In this document: positions 54,379 to 64,000 of the stretch, piece by piece
How the letters are laid out: the number at the start of each line of letters is the position of its first letter
How positions within the stretch are numbered: position 1 is the first letter of the stretch
Source of the DNA: an uncultured Candidatus Binatia bacterium
GTDB lineage: Bacteria > Desulfobacterota > Binatia > UBA9968 > JAJDTQ01
Assembly: GCA_965242525.1 (NCBI GenBank)
Contig: OZ251459.1
Coordinates: 2,176,001-2,240,000, forward strand
Direction of reading: 5' to 3'
Length of the DNA stretch: 64,000 nt
Program-made: the position numbers and the translations under genes
The notes under the pieces: model-generated
Seen by the model: the letters and a program-made list of their open reading frames with translations, nothing else
Databases searched by the model: none
What the model was told of the DNA's origin: nothing

Positions 54379-55301
54379 CACGCGGCCCCGGTGGCCGGTT
54401 CCACCAGCTTCAGCACCGCGTTGCGGCCGTCCAGTTCGGCGTGGAGGCCGATGGGGAGCAGGGTGTTGGCGGTGCCGTGGCCGCAGGGGAGGCCCGTCAC
54501 CACCGGGTACGGGGCGTCCCGGAACGCGTCCGCGAGGACCTCCCCTATGTCCCTTTCCGCGCCGGACTCGCACCGGTTGAAGGCCCCCGTGACCACCCCG
54601 GCCACGCGGTCCAGCTTGCCCGCCATGCGCAGGTGCGTGAGCATCCGTTCGATCCGGTAGGGCGGCTCGCCCACGTCCTCCAGGAACACGATCCTGCCCG
54701 CGGTCTCGACCTCGTAAGGGGTTCCGAGGGTGGTCACCAGCACAGAGAGGCATCCCCCGGCCACCGGCCCCCGGGCGGGTCCGCCGCCCTCCCGAAGGAC
54801 CCCGCTGCCCCGGATCCGCCAACGCCGCCGCCTTCCGGTCAGCGCGTCCCAGAACCCTCCGCCGACCCCGCCGCCGAGCTCCCCGGCGAACTCCACCGCC
54901 ACCATGGGACCGTGGAAGGCCACCACCCCGCAACTCTGGGACAGCCAGTTGAGCAGCGCGGTGACGTCGCTGAAGCCCACGAAGATCTTGGGATGGGCGC
55001 GGATGCGTCCGGGGTCCAGGCCGGGCAGGAGTTGTATCGAGCCGAAACCGCCCCGGGCGCAGAAGACCGCCCGGATGTCGTCCCGGACGAAGAAACGCTC
55101 CAGGGTCCGCGCGCGCTGCTGCTCGGCGCCCGCCAGGTAACCCTTGCGGTCGAGTATGCCTTCCGCCAACTCGACGCCGAACCCCCGCGCCCGGAGGGCG
55201 CGCACTCCCCGCTGCAGGCGGTCCTCGTACACGCTCCCACCGGGGGCGACCACCCCGATGGTGTCTCCGGGCCTCAGCGGCGGCGGTGCGAGGGCGTGCA
55301 T
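54378..55301 (-). CDS. ldcA: LD-carboxypeptidase (peptidase S66)
   Basis: ARGGFG, GFSDVTAL, FLEDVGE, CGH. Confidence 0.9.
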   Translation of the reverse strand: MHALAPPPLRPGDTIGVVAPGGSVYEDRLQRGVRALRARGFGVELAEGILDRKGYLAGAEQQRARTLERFFVRDDIRAVFCARGGFGSIQLLPGLDPGRIRAHPKIFVGFSDVTALLNWLSQSCGVVAFHGPMVAVEFAGELGGGVGGGFWDALTGRRRRWRIRGSGVLREGGGPARGPVAGGCLSVLVTTLGTPYEVETAGRIVFLEDVGEPPYRIERMLTHLRMAGKLDRVAGVVTGAFNRCESGAERDIGEVLADAFRDAPYPVVTGLPCGHGTANTLLPIGLHAELDGRNAVLKLVEPATGAA

Positions 55302-55365
55302 CCACGCCGATTCTGGCAGGATTTCCGCCCCACGGCAAACTTTCCACAAAAGTTTCCGAGGCCCC

Positions 55366-55393
55366 TTGACAACGCCGAGACCGTGCTTAGATT
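55366..55393 (+). promoter_or_regulatory. Sigma70-like promoter for groES-groEL
   Basis: TTGACA-16 nt-TAGATT. Confidence 0.55.
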
Positions 55394-55471
55394 GTGCGCC
55401 ACACCTCGACGTGCAGGCTATCCGTCCGTTCGGAACGACGTCACGACGATATTGGAAAAGGAGGAGACAAC

Positions 55472-55762
55472 ATGAACATCAGGCCCTTGCAGGACCGGGT
55501 CATCGTCAAACGGATCGAGGAAGAGGAGAAGACCGCGGGCGGGATCATCATTCCCGACACCGCCAAGGAGAAGCCCCAGGAGGGCAAGGTCGTTGCCGTG
55601 GGCAAAGGCAAGGCCAACGACGACGGCAAGGTCACCCCGCTGGACGTGAAGGTCAACGACCGGGTGCTCTTCGGCAAGTACGCCGGCTCCGAGATCAACC
55701 TGGACGGCGAAGAGCACATCATCATGCGAGAGGACGACATCCTCGGCATCGTCGAGAAATAA
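55472..55762 (+). CDS. groES: Co-chaperonin GroES
   Basis: [26 protein letters not shown]. Confidence 0.98.
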   Translation: MNIRPLQDRVIVKRIEEEEKTAGGIIIPDTAKEKPQEGKVVAVGKGKANDDGKVTPLDVKVNDRVLFGKYAGSEINLDGEEHIIMREDDILGIVEK

Positions 55763-57448
<1,686 letters not shown>

Positions 57449-57469
57449 GCGGCCGCGCAGGCGTCCCAG

Positions 57470-57512
57470 GGGCCAGGAGCGTCTCCCGCAGGAGATGCTC
57501 CTGGCCCTTTTT
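57470..57512 (+). terminator. Rho-independent terminator
   Basis: GGGCCAGGAGCGTCTCC-CGCA-GGAGATGCTCCTGGCCC followed by TTTTT. Confidence 0.85.
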
Positions 57513-57564
57513 GCTTTATCCGCTGGAGCGGACTATATTAGTATCCCTCATCGGCTTCCGCCCC

Positions 57565-58911
57565 ATGTTCGAGAACCTTACCGACAAGCTGGAACTGACC
57601 TTCAAGCGGCTTCGCGGGCACGGCAGGATCACCGAGTCCAACGTGGCCGACGCGCTGGGCGAGCTCCGGCTGGCGCTGCTGGAGGCGGACGTCAACTTCC
57701 GGGTGGTCAAGGACTTCGTGGAGGCGGTCCGGAGCAAGTCCCTGGGACGCGAGGTGCTCCGGAGCCTGACCCCGGAGCAGCAACTCATCAAGATCGTCAA
57801 GGAAGAGCTGGCGGCCATGCTCGGGGGCGAAGCCGCGGGGCTGGACCTCAAGGGCCGGCAGCCCGTGGTGCTCATGCTGGCGGGACTCCAGGGGTCGGGG
57901 AAGACCACCACCGCGGTCAAGCTCGCCCTGCACCTGAAGAAGCGGCAGAAGCGGACGCCCTACCTGGTGTCCGTGGACGTCTATCGGCCCGCGGCGAAGG
58001 AGCAGCTTCGCACCCTGTGCGAAGAGCACGGCCTTCCGGCGTTCGACTCCGGCGACCGCGCCGACCCGGTGGAGATCTGCCGGGACGCCTTGCACAAGGC
58101 GGACCAGCGCCTGTGCGACCTGCTGATCGTGGACACCGCGGGGCGCATGCACCTGGACGCGGACCTGATGCAGGAGCTCGCGGCCATCCGTTCGGCCCTG
58201 GAGCCGCGCAACATCGTCCTGACCCTGGACGCCATGATCGGGCAGGACGCGGTCAACCAGGCCCGGGGCTTCGACGAGGTCCTGGACCTGACCGGGGTGG
58301 TCCTGACGAAGATGGACGGCGACGCCCGGGGCGGGGCCGCGTTGTCGGTGCGGGCGGTGGTGGGCAAACCGGTGCTGTACGTCGGGGTCGGGGAGAAGGG
58401 CGACGCCATCGAACCCTTCTTCCCGGACCGCATGGCGTCGCGCATCCTCGGCATGGGCGACGTCCTGTCGCTGATCGAGAAGGCCGAGCAGGCATGGGAC
58501 AAGAAGGCCGCGCCCAAGCTGGAACAGCGGATGCGCAAGGGGGAGTTCTCCCTGGAAGACTTCCAGGCGCAGATGCAGACCGTCAAGAAGATGGGGTCCA
58601 TCGGCGGCCTGCTGGACATGGTGCCCGGCGGGCGGAAGCTGGGCCAGCAGGTGGACATGGCCCGGGCGGCAGCGGAGATCAGGCGCATTGAGGCCATCAT
58701 CAACTCCATGACGCTGCACGAGCGGCGGAACCCGACGGTGCTGAACGGGAGCCGGCGGCTGCGCATCGCCAACGGCAGCGGCACCACGGTCACCGACGTC
58801 AACCGTCTGATGAAGCAGTTCCTGGAGATGAAGAAGATGATGTCGCGGATGAAGAAGTCGGACCGCAAGCGGCGGGGCGTGCGCAACCGTTTGCCAATAC
58901 CGTTCCAATGA
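57565..58911 (+). CDS. ffh: Signal recognition particle protein
   Basis: [31 protein letters not shown]. Confidence 0.98.
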   Translation: MFENLTDKLELTFKRLRGHGRITESNVADALGELRLALLEADVNFRVVKDFVEAVRSKSLGREVLRSLTPEQQLIKIVKEELAAMLGGEAAGLDLKGRQPVVLMLAGLQGSGKTTTAVKLALHLKKRQKRTPYLVSVDVYRPAAKEQLRTLCEEHGLPAFDSGDRADPVEICRDALHKADQRLCDLLIVDTAGRMHLDADLMQELAAIRSALEPRNIVLTLDAMIGQDAVNQARGFDEVLDLTGVVLTKMDGDARGGAALSVRAVVGKPVLYVGVGEKGDAIEPFFPDRMASRILGMGDVLSLIEKAEQAWDKKAAPKLEQRMRKGEFSLEDFQAQMQTVKKMGSIGGLLDMVPGGRKLGQQVDMARAAAEIRRIEAIINSMTLHERRNPTVLNGSRRLRIANGSGTTVTDVNRLMKQFLEMKKMMSRMKKSDRKRRGVRNRLPIPFQ

Positions 58912-58942
58912 ACTAGGAACCCGGAAGAAAGAAGACCCTCCT

Positions 58943-59218
58943 ATGAGCGTGAAGATCAGACTGAGTCGGCACGGGGCCAAGAAGCGGCCCTACTATCGCA
59001 TCGTGGTCGCGGACGCGCGCGACCCCCGGGACGGAAGGTTCATCGAGCAGGTGGGCACCTACGACCCCCGGAGCCCTTCCGCGGCCTTGCGGATGGACCG
59101 GGCCAAGGTGGACGCATGGCTCAAGCAGGGGGCGCAACCGACCCAGACCGTGCGAAGCCTCATGAAGAGGGCGGCGAAGGAAGCGGGCGCGTCCGCGCCG
59201 GAGGGCTCGGAGGGCTGA
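58943..59218 (+). CDS. rpsP: 30S ribosomal protein S16
   Basis: MSVKIRL...YRIVVAD...RDGRFIE. Confidence 0.97.
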   Translation: MSVKIRLSRHGAKKRPYYRIVVADARDPRDGRFIEQVGTYDPRSPSAALRMDRAKVDAWLKQGAQPTQTVRSLMKRAAKEAGASAPEGSEG

Positions 59219-59285
59219 CGGGCCTGTAGCATCCCCGCCCGGCGCACGCCGCGTCCGGCGACCCTGGCCACAGGAGACAGGCTTC

Positions 59286-59525
59286 TTGAAAGAGTTGCTG
59301 CAGTACCTTGCGGAGTCCATCGTCAGCCAACCCGACGCCGTGGAGGTCAGGGAAACGCAGGACGACGACGCCTCCATCGTGATGGAGCTCAAGGTCGCCA
59401 GGGAAGACCTCGGCCGCGTCATCGGCAAGCAGGGACGCACCGCCAAGTCCCTGCGGACCATATTGAACGCCGCGGGGGCCAGGACCAACCGGAAGGTCCT
59501 CCTGGAGATCATCGACGAGCAATAG
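59286..59525 (+). CDS. khpA: KH-domain RNA-binding protein
   Basis: DLGRVIGKQGRTAKSLR; synteny with rpsP. Confidence 0.9.
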   Translation: MKELLQYLAESIVSQPDAVEVRETQDDDASIVMELKVAREDLGRVIGKQGRTAKSLRTILNAAGARTNRKVLLEIIDEQ

Positions 59526-59538
59526 CCGCCTTCCCCCC

Positions 59539-60051
59539 TTGTCCAACCATCGGATCGACCTGGGTTACGTGGCGGCCGCGCACGGCGTGGCCGGCTGGCT
59601 CAGGCTCAGGCTGTTCAACCCGCAAGGCCGCACCCTCCATTCCACCGGGGAGGTGGAGTTGGCCTCCGGCGATGTCCGGCTTACGCTTCCGCTGGAGCGC
59701 GTCAGGCCTCACCGGGGTTTCGCCCTCGTGAAGCTGGGCGGCGTCAACCGCATGGAAGAGGCCCAGCGCCTGGTGGGCTTTCGGTTGTCGGTGCCGCGGG
59801 ACACCCTCGCGCCCCCGGGTCCGTCCGAGTACTACTACCAGGAAGTGGTGGGCTTCGATGTGCGGGACGCCAACGGGGAGAGCATCGGCACGGTCACCGG
59901 CGTATGGCCCAGGCAGGACGGCGACCTGCTGGTGGTGGCCGGGTCCGGCAAGGAGCACCTGATCCCCGCGGTCAAGGAGTTCGTCCGGCAGGTGGACATG
60001 GTGGGCGGGACGGTCACCATCGATGCCCCGGACGGGCTGCTGGAGTTGTAG
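59539..60051 (+). CDS. rimM: Ribosome maturation factor RimM
   Basis: HGVAG, EYYY, LIPAVKEFV, PDGLL; synteny. Confidence 0.92.
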   Translation: MSNHRIDLGYVAAAHGVAGWLRLRLFNPQGRTLHSTGEVELASGDVRLTLPLERVRPHRGFALVKLGGVNRMEEAQRLVGFRLSVPRDTLAPPGPSEYYYQEVVGFDVRDANGESIGTVTGVWPRQDGDLLVVAGSGKEHLIPAVKEFVRQVDMVGGTVTIDAPDGLLEL

Positions 60052-60138
60052 GAACCTCTGGGCCATTCCGGCTCGAACCCCCTCTCCCTGTGGAAAGGGC
60101 GTCCTTCGACTTCGCTTCGCTACGCTCAGGACGAACGG
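60051..60138. mobile_element. Partial type B MITE-like element between rimM and trmD
   Basis: GGAACCTCTGGGCCATTCCGGCTCG...CTCCCTGTGGAAAG + core; first G is part of the rimM TAG. Confidence 0.8.
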
Positions 60139-60155
60139 AGGGGAGGGTGGCTGCC

Positions 60156-61424
60156 ATGCGTTTTTCGGTGATCACGCTCTTCCCGGAGATCTTCGAGTCT
60201 CCGCTGGCTCACAGCATCCTCAAGAGGGCCCGGGAGAGGAACCTCGTCTCCGTGGACTTGGTGGACCTGCGTGGGTATGCCCGGGACCGGCACCGCACCA
60301 CCGACGACTACCCCTACGGCGGCGGCCAGGGCATGGTGCTCAAGCCCGAGCCGCTCATCGAGGCCATCAAAGACAGCCGACGCAGGCTGGAAGACCCCCG
60401 CGTCATACTGCTTTCGCCCCGCGGGAAGGTCTTCGACCAGGAAGCCGCCCTGGCGGTCTCGCGCCACCGGGACGTGGTGCTGGTCTGCGGCCGCTACGAA
60501 GGGGTGGACGAAAGGGTGGTGGGGTACGCCGACGAACTCCTGTCCATCGGGGACTACACGTTGAGCGGCGGCGAGATCCCCGCCCTCGCGGTCATCGACA
60601 GCGTGGCCCGCCTGGTGCCGGGCGTGCTCGGGAACGACCGCTCGGCCCGCGAGGACTCTTTCGCCGACGGCCTGCTGGAATATCCGCAATACACCCGGCC
60701 CGCGGAATACCGGGGCATGAAGGTCCCGGAGGTCCTGCTCTCTGGCGACCACGAGGCGGTCCGGCGCTGGCGCCGCAGCATGAGCGTCGAGACGACCGCG
60801 CGGCTGCGGCCGGACCTGCTGGCGAAGGCCGCGGCGCCCGCGGGCAAGGTCTATGTGGCGCTGCTGCACCATCCCGTGTCCGACCGGCGCGGCCAGACCG
60901 TCACCTCGTCCATCACCAACCTCGACATCCACGACATCGCCCGCACCTGCCGCACCTACGGGGTGGCCGGTTTCTACGTGGTCAACCCGGTGAAGACGCT
61001 CCAGAAGCTGGCCGCCAGGATCATCGACCACTGGGAGCGCGGGTACGGCGCCTCCTACAACAGCAGCCGGCGGGAGGCCCTTTCCCTCGCAAGGCTCTCG
61101 GACCACCTGGACGCCGCGGTGGCGAGCGTGCGGCGGGAATGCGGCGCCGCCCCCCGGCTGGTGGCGACTTCCGCGCGTTCCCGTCCCGCGACGGATACGA
61201 TAACTTTTGAAAAGATGCGGGAAATGCTAATAAGGGAGCCTGTCCCGTACATGATCCTGCTGGGCACCGGTTGGGGGTTGGCCGACTCGGTCTTCGACCG
61301 TTCGGACTTCGTGCTGGAACCCGTCGCAGGCAGGGACGACTACAACCACCTCTCCGTACGAGCTGCGTCCGCCGTCATGCTGGACCGGATACTGGGACGG
61401 GTGATGGAAGGGAGCGTCGAATGA
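60156..61424 (+). CDS. trmD: tRNA (G37-N1) methyltransferase fused to a second SPOUT-type (DUF2168-like) domain
   Basis: [29 protein letters not shown]; then [10 protein letters not shown]...DIHDIAR...GTGWGL...YNHLSVR. Confidence 0.92.
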   Translation: MRFSVITLFPEIFESPLAHSILKRARERNLVSVDLVDLRGYARDRHRTTDDYPYGGGQGMVLKPEPLIEAIKDSRRRLEDPRVILLSPRGKVFDQEAALAVSRHRDVVLVCGRYEGVDERVVGYADELLSIGDYTLSGGEIPALAVIDSVARLVPGVLGNDRSAREDSFADGLLEYPQYTRPAEYRGMKVPEVLLSGDHEAVRRWRRSMSVETTARLRPDLLAKAAAPAGKVYVALLHHPVSDRRGQTVTSSITNLDIHDIARTCRTYGVAGFYVVNPVKTLQKLAARIIDHWERGYGASYNSSRREALSLARLSDHLDAAVASVRRECGAAPRLVATSARSRPATDTITFEKMREMLIREPVPYMILLGTGWGLADSVFDRSDFVLEPVAGRDDYNHLSVRAASAVMLDRILGRVMEGSVE

Positions 61425-61777
61425 ACGTCATCGACCGAATCGAGCAGGAGCAGACGCGGGAGGCGCAGAGCATCAAGCCGGGGCAGCGGGTGCGCGTCCA
61501 CGTCCGCATCTTGGAGGGCGAGAAGGAGCGGGTCCAGGTCTTCGAAGGCGTGGTCATCGCCATCTCCGGCAGCGGCGTGCGCGAAACCTTCGTGGTCCGC
61601 AAGACCTCTTACGGCGTGGGGGTGGAACGCATCTTTCCGCGCCACTCGCCGCGCATCGAGAAGGTCGAGGTGGTCACCCAGGGACGGGTGCGCAGGGCCA
61701 AGTTGTACTACCTGAGGAAACTCTCGGGAAAGCGCGCCCGGCTGGAGGAAGACCGCAGGCCGCGGGCATCCCGTTGA
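61421..61777 (+). CDS. rplS: 50S ribosomal protein L19
   Basis: [27 protein letters not shown]. Confidence 0.97.
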   Translation: MNVIDRIEQEQTREAQSIKPGQRVRVHVRILEGEKERVQVFEGVVIAISGSGVRETFVVRKTSYGVGVERIFPRHSPRIEKVEVVTQGRVRRAKLYYLRKLSGKRARLEEDRRPRASR

Positions 61778-61838
61778 TCCCCGGCCGCCGGACTTGCGGA
61801 CGCCGCCGGCTCGGCCCGGACCCGGAACGTGTGACCAC

Positions 61839-63185
61839 GTGGAACTGTTCGACTCCGGGAGCCCCTCCGGCAGCCCGCCCCCGGGCGGGAAGAACACGCC
61901 CCTGGCGGAGCGCATGCGCCCGGCCCGCCTGGACGACGTGCTGGGACAGGAGCACCTGCTCGGCCCCGGCAAGCTGCTGCGGGGCATGGCGGACACGGGC
62001 CTCCTCCAGTCGCTCATCCTCTGGGGTCCGCCCGGATGCGGCAAGACCACACTGGCCCGGCTCATGGCCGACGCCTGCCATGCCCACTGCATCCAGCTCT
62101 CCGCGGTAACCTCCGGCACTGCCGACATCCGCAAGATCCTCCCCGACGCCAAGCGCCTCCAGCGCGGCGCCGTTCCGGTGGCGGTGCTGGTGGACGAGAT
62201 CCACCACTTCAACAAGTCCCAGCAGGACACCTTCCTCCCCCACGTGGAGGCGGGCCTCCTGACCCTCATCGGCGCCACCACCGAGAACCCCTCGTTCGAA
62301 CTCATCTCCCCGCTGCTCTCCCGCTGCCGGGTGTGCGTGCTGCATCCCCTGACCGAGGAGACCCTCGCCCAGGTGGTGGACCGGGCCCTGGCCGAACGGG
62401 GACGGGGCCTCTGGGACGCCAGCCCGGAGATTACCGCGGAGGCCCGTTCGGCGCTGGTCCAACGCGCCCACGGAGACGCCCGGGTGGCCCTCAACGCCCT
62501 GGAGAGCGCCGCCACCCTGGCCCGCAACTCCTCCGGGACCGCGCCCATCGACCTCGCCCACGCGGAACAGGCGCTGCAACTCGGACCCTTGCGTTACGAC
62601 CGGGCCGGCGAGGAGCACTACAACTTGGCCTCGGCCTTCATCAAGAGCCTGCGGGGAAGCGACCCCGACGCCGCGGTCTATTGGATGGTGCGGATGATCG
62701 AGGCGGGCGAAGAACCCCTCTTCATCGCCCGCCGCATGGTCATATTCGCCGCGGAGGACGTGGGCAACGCCGACCCCCAAGCCCTGCAAGTGGCGGTGGC
62801 CGCCAAGGACGCGGTCCATTTCGTCGGCCTGCCCGAAGGCCGCATCCCCATGACCCAGGCCGCCATCTACCTGGCCACCGCGCCCAAGTCCAACTCGGCT
62901 TACCGGGCGCTGCTGGCCGCCACCCGGGACGTGCGCGAACGGGGCGCGCTGCCCACCCCCCTCCACCTTCGCAACGCCCCCACCGGCCTGATGAAGTCCC
63001 TCGGCTACGGGGCAAACTACCGCTACCCCCACGACGAACCGGGCCACGTGGCGGACCAGGAATACCTGCCGTCGGAACTCAAGGGACGCCGCTACTACGA
63101 ACCCGGCGACCAGGGCCACGAACAGGTCGTCCGCGAGCGGCTGGAAGCATGGGATGCGTTGAGGAAACGCAACGAGCCGGGGTGA
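61839..63185 (+). CDS. rarA: Replication-associated recombination protein A
   Basis: PLAERMRP, GPPGCGKTT, GATTENPSF, KSLRGSD, HLRNAPT. Confidence 0.95.
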   Translation: MELFDSGSPSGSPPPGGKNTPLAERMRPARLDDVLGQEHLLGPGKLLRGMADTGLLQSLILWGPPGCGKTTLARLMADACHAHCIQLSAVTSGTADIRKILPDAKRLQRGAVPVAVLVDEIHHFNKSQQDTFLPHVEAGLLTLIGATTENPSFELISPLLSRCRVCVLHPLTEETLAQVVDRALAERGRGLWDASPEITAEARSALVQRAHGDARVALNALESAATLARNSSGTAPIDLAHAEQALQLGPLRYDRAGEEHYNLASAFIKSLRGSDPDAAVYWMVRMIEAGEEPLFIARRMVIFAAEDVGNADPQALQVAVAAKDAVHFVGLPEGRIPMTQAAIYLATAPKSNSAYRALLAATRDVRERGALPTPLHLRNAPTGLMKSLGYGANYRYPHDEPGHVADQEYLPSELKGRRYYEPGDQGHEQVVRERLEAWDALRKRNEPG

Positions 63186-63357
63186 CGCCCCGTCCGATAC
63201 GCGCTGAGCCGAGCTGACGGCCTGTCCGAGTACGCACTTCCGGAAACGACGGCGTCCCGGTCACATGGTCTCACGATGGATCTGCTCCGGCGCTTCCCAT
63301 GGCCGTTCAGCGGGCGCTGTCTCTTTGGCTGGCGGGAAACGGACCCGCACGTGGCGG

Positions 63358-63615
63358 TCAAGCAGCGCCGTGCTTCCCGATCCAGTCCCGAAGCGCCCCG
63401 TCGATCCGCGTCTGCCAGCCGCGGCCGCCGGCCTTGAAATGGTCGATTACGTCCTGTGACAGGCGGATCGTGGTCGATACCTTCGGCTTGGCGACCAGCG
63501 GCCTGCCCCGTCGGACCGTCGCCTTGGCGAACTTCCCGGGCCAGCCGTCCCCGGAAAGGTCCGGCGCGGCGTCCCCGTCAAAATCGCGGGCCGTAGAGCG
63601 TTCGTTCCCGTTCAT
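63358..63615 (-). CDS. BrnA antitoxin family protein
   Basis: RGRP...PKVSTTIRLSQDVIDHFKAGGRGWQTRI. Confidence 0.9.
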   Translation of the reverse strand: MNGNERSTARDFDGDAAPDLSGDGWPGKFAKATVRRGRPLVAKPKVSTTIRLSQDVIDHFKAGGRGWQTRIDGALRDWIGKHGAA

Positions 63616-63846
63616 TGGCTTTCCTCATGCTGATGATCCGCTGCGCGCCCTCGCGCAGCGTCCAGACCAGAACCACCATGGCGCCGTCAAGGAACCCGAT
63701 GGTGATGAAGCGGTCCTCGCCATAGTCCCGCCGTCATCCTCGACGGTCAGCGTGGCGCCGGCGAACACCTCCCCGGCCCGGGCCATGTCCAGTCCCCTGG
63801 CCCGAAGCGTGGCCGCACGCTTGGCCGCGTCGAACTCCATCGGCAT
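63578..63846 (-). pseudogene. BrnT toxin, frameshifted near 63735
   Basis: MEFDAAKRAA...TVEDD then shifted RDYGEDRFITIG...RIISMRKANERE. Confidence 0.8.
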
Positions 63847-64000
63847 AATTCATGTTACAACACTAAATTGGCCCGTGCAACTGTCAGAATTGTCCAATGG
63901 TAAGTGAGCATGGAGGGGAGGGGTGAATCCAACGGTAAGTGAGCACGAGCAGGCCCGGTATGGTGCAGACTGGGGGGATGATCGTGTCACTACAGACGGA

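Noticed and set aside
55321-55471. CIRCE operator upstream of groES
   Set aside because: No TTAGCACTC-N9-GAGTGCTAA match is visible.

Overview
This is a GC-rich bacterial chromosomal window. Housekeeping blocks are a Mo-hydroxylase operon, a peptide ABC transporter, tldD/pmbA, trpE/trpG, dapL/folK, tRNA-fMet, coaD/rsmD, ldcA/mpl, groES/groEL, ffh-rpsP-khpA-rimM-trmD-rplS and rarA. These alternate with accessory patches of toxin-antitoxin, ATPase, restriction-modification and ankyrin genes. That content suggests a host-associated, possibly sponge-associated, deltaproteobacteria-like organism (inference only). The most striking signal is a family of small non-autonomous inverted-repeat elements built around a REP-like core (CCCGTTCGTCCTGAGCGTAGCGAAGCGAAGTCGAAGGACGCG, about 13 loci). 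The basic element is 134 bp with a 4-bp target duplication (138 bp = 46 codons), grows in 33-bp steps, and is largely stop-free in several frames. Two copies sit in frame inside an otherwise intact DUF1156 DNA methyltransferase, adding 57 and 68 aa, and a third abuts its start codon. Other points: an OsmC-like gene with an in-frame TGA at the catalytic Cys plus a SECIS-like hairpin (probable selenoprotein); a nested repeat mosaic; an hsdS fused to a VapC-like start stub; a Cas2/VapD-like + PIN pair; exact 23-bp tandem repeats upstream of a DUF4143 ATPase; an archaeal-type GAPDH-like gene; and a degenerate tRNA-like remnant. All family assignments come from motif recognition, not database searches.
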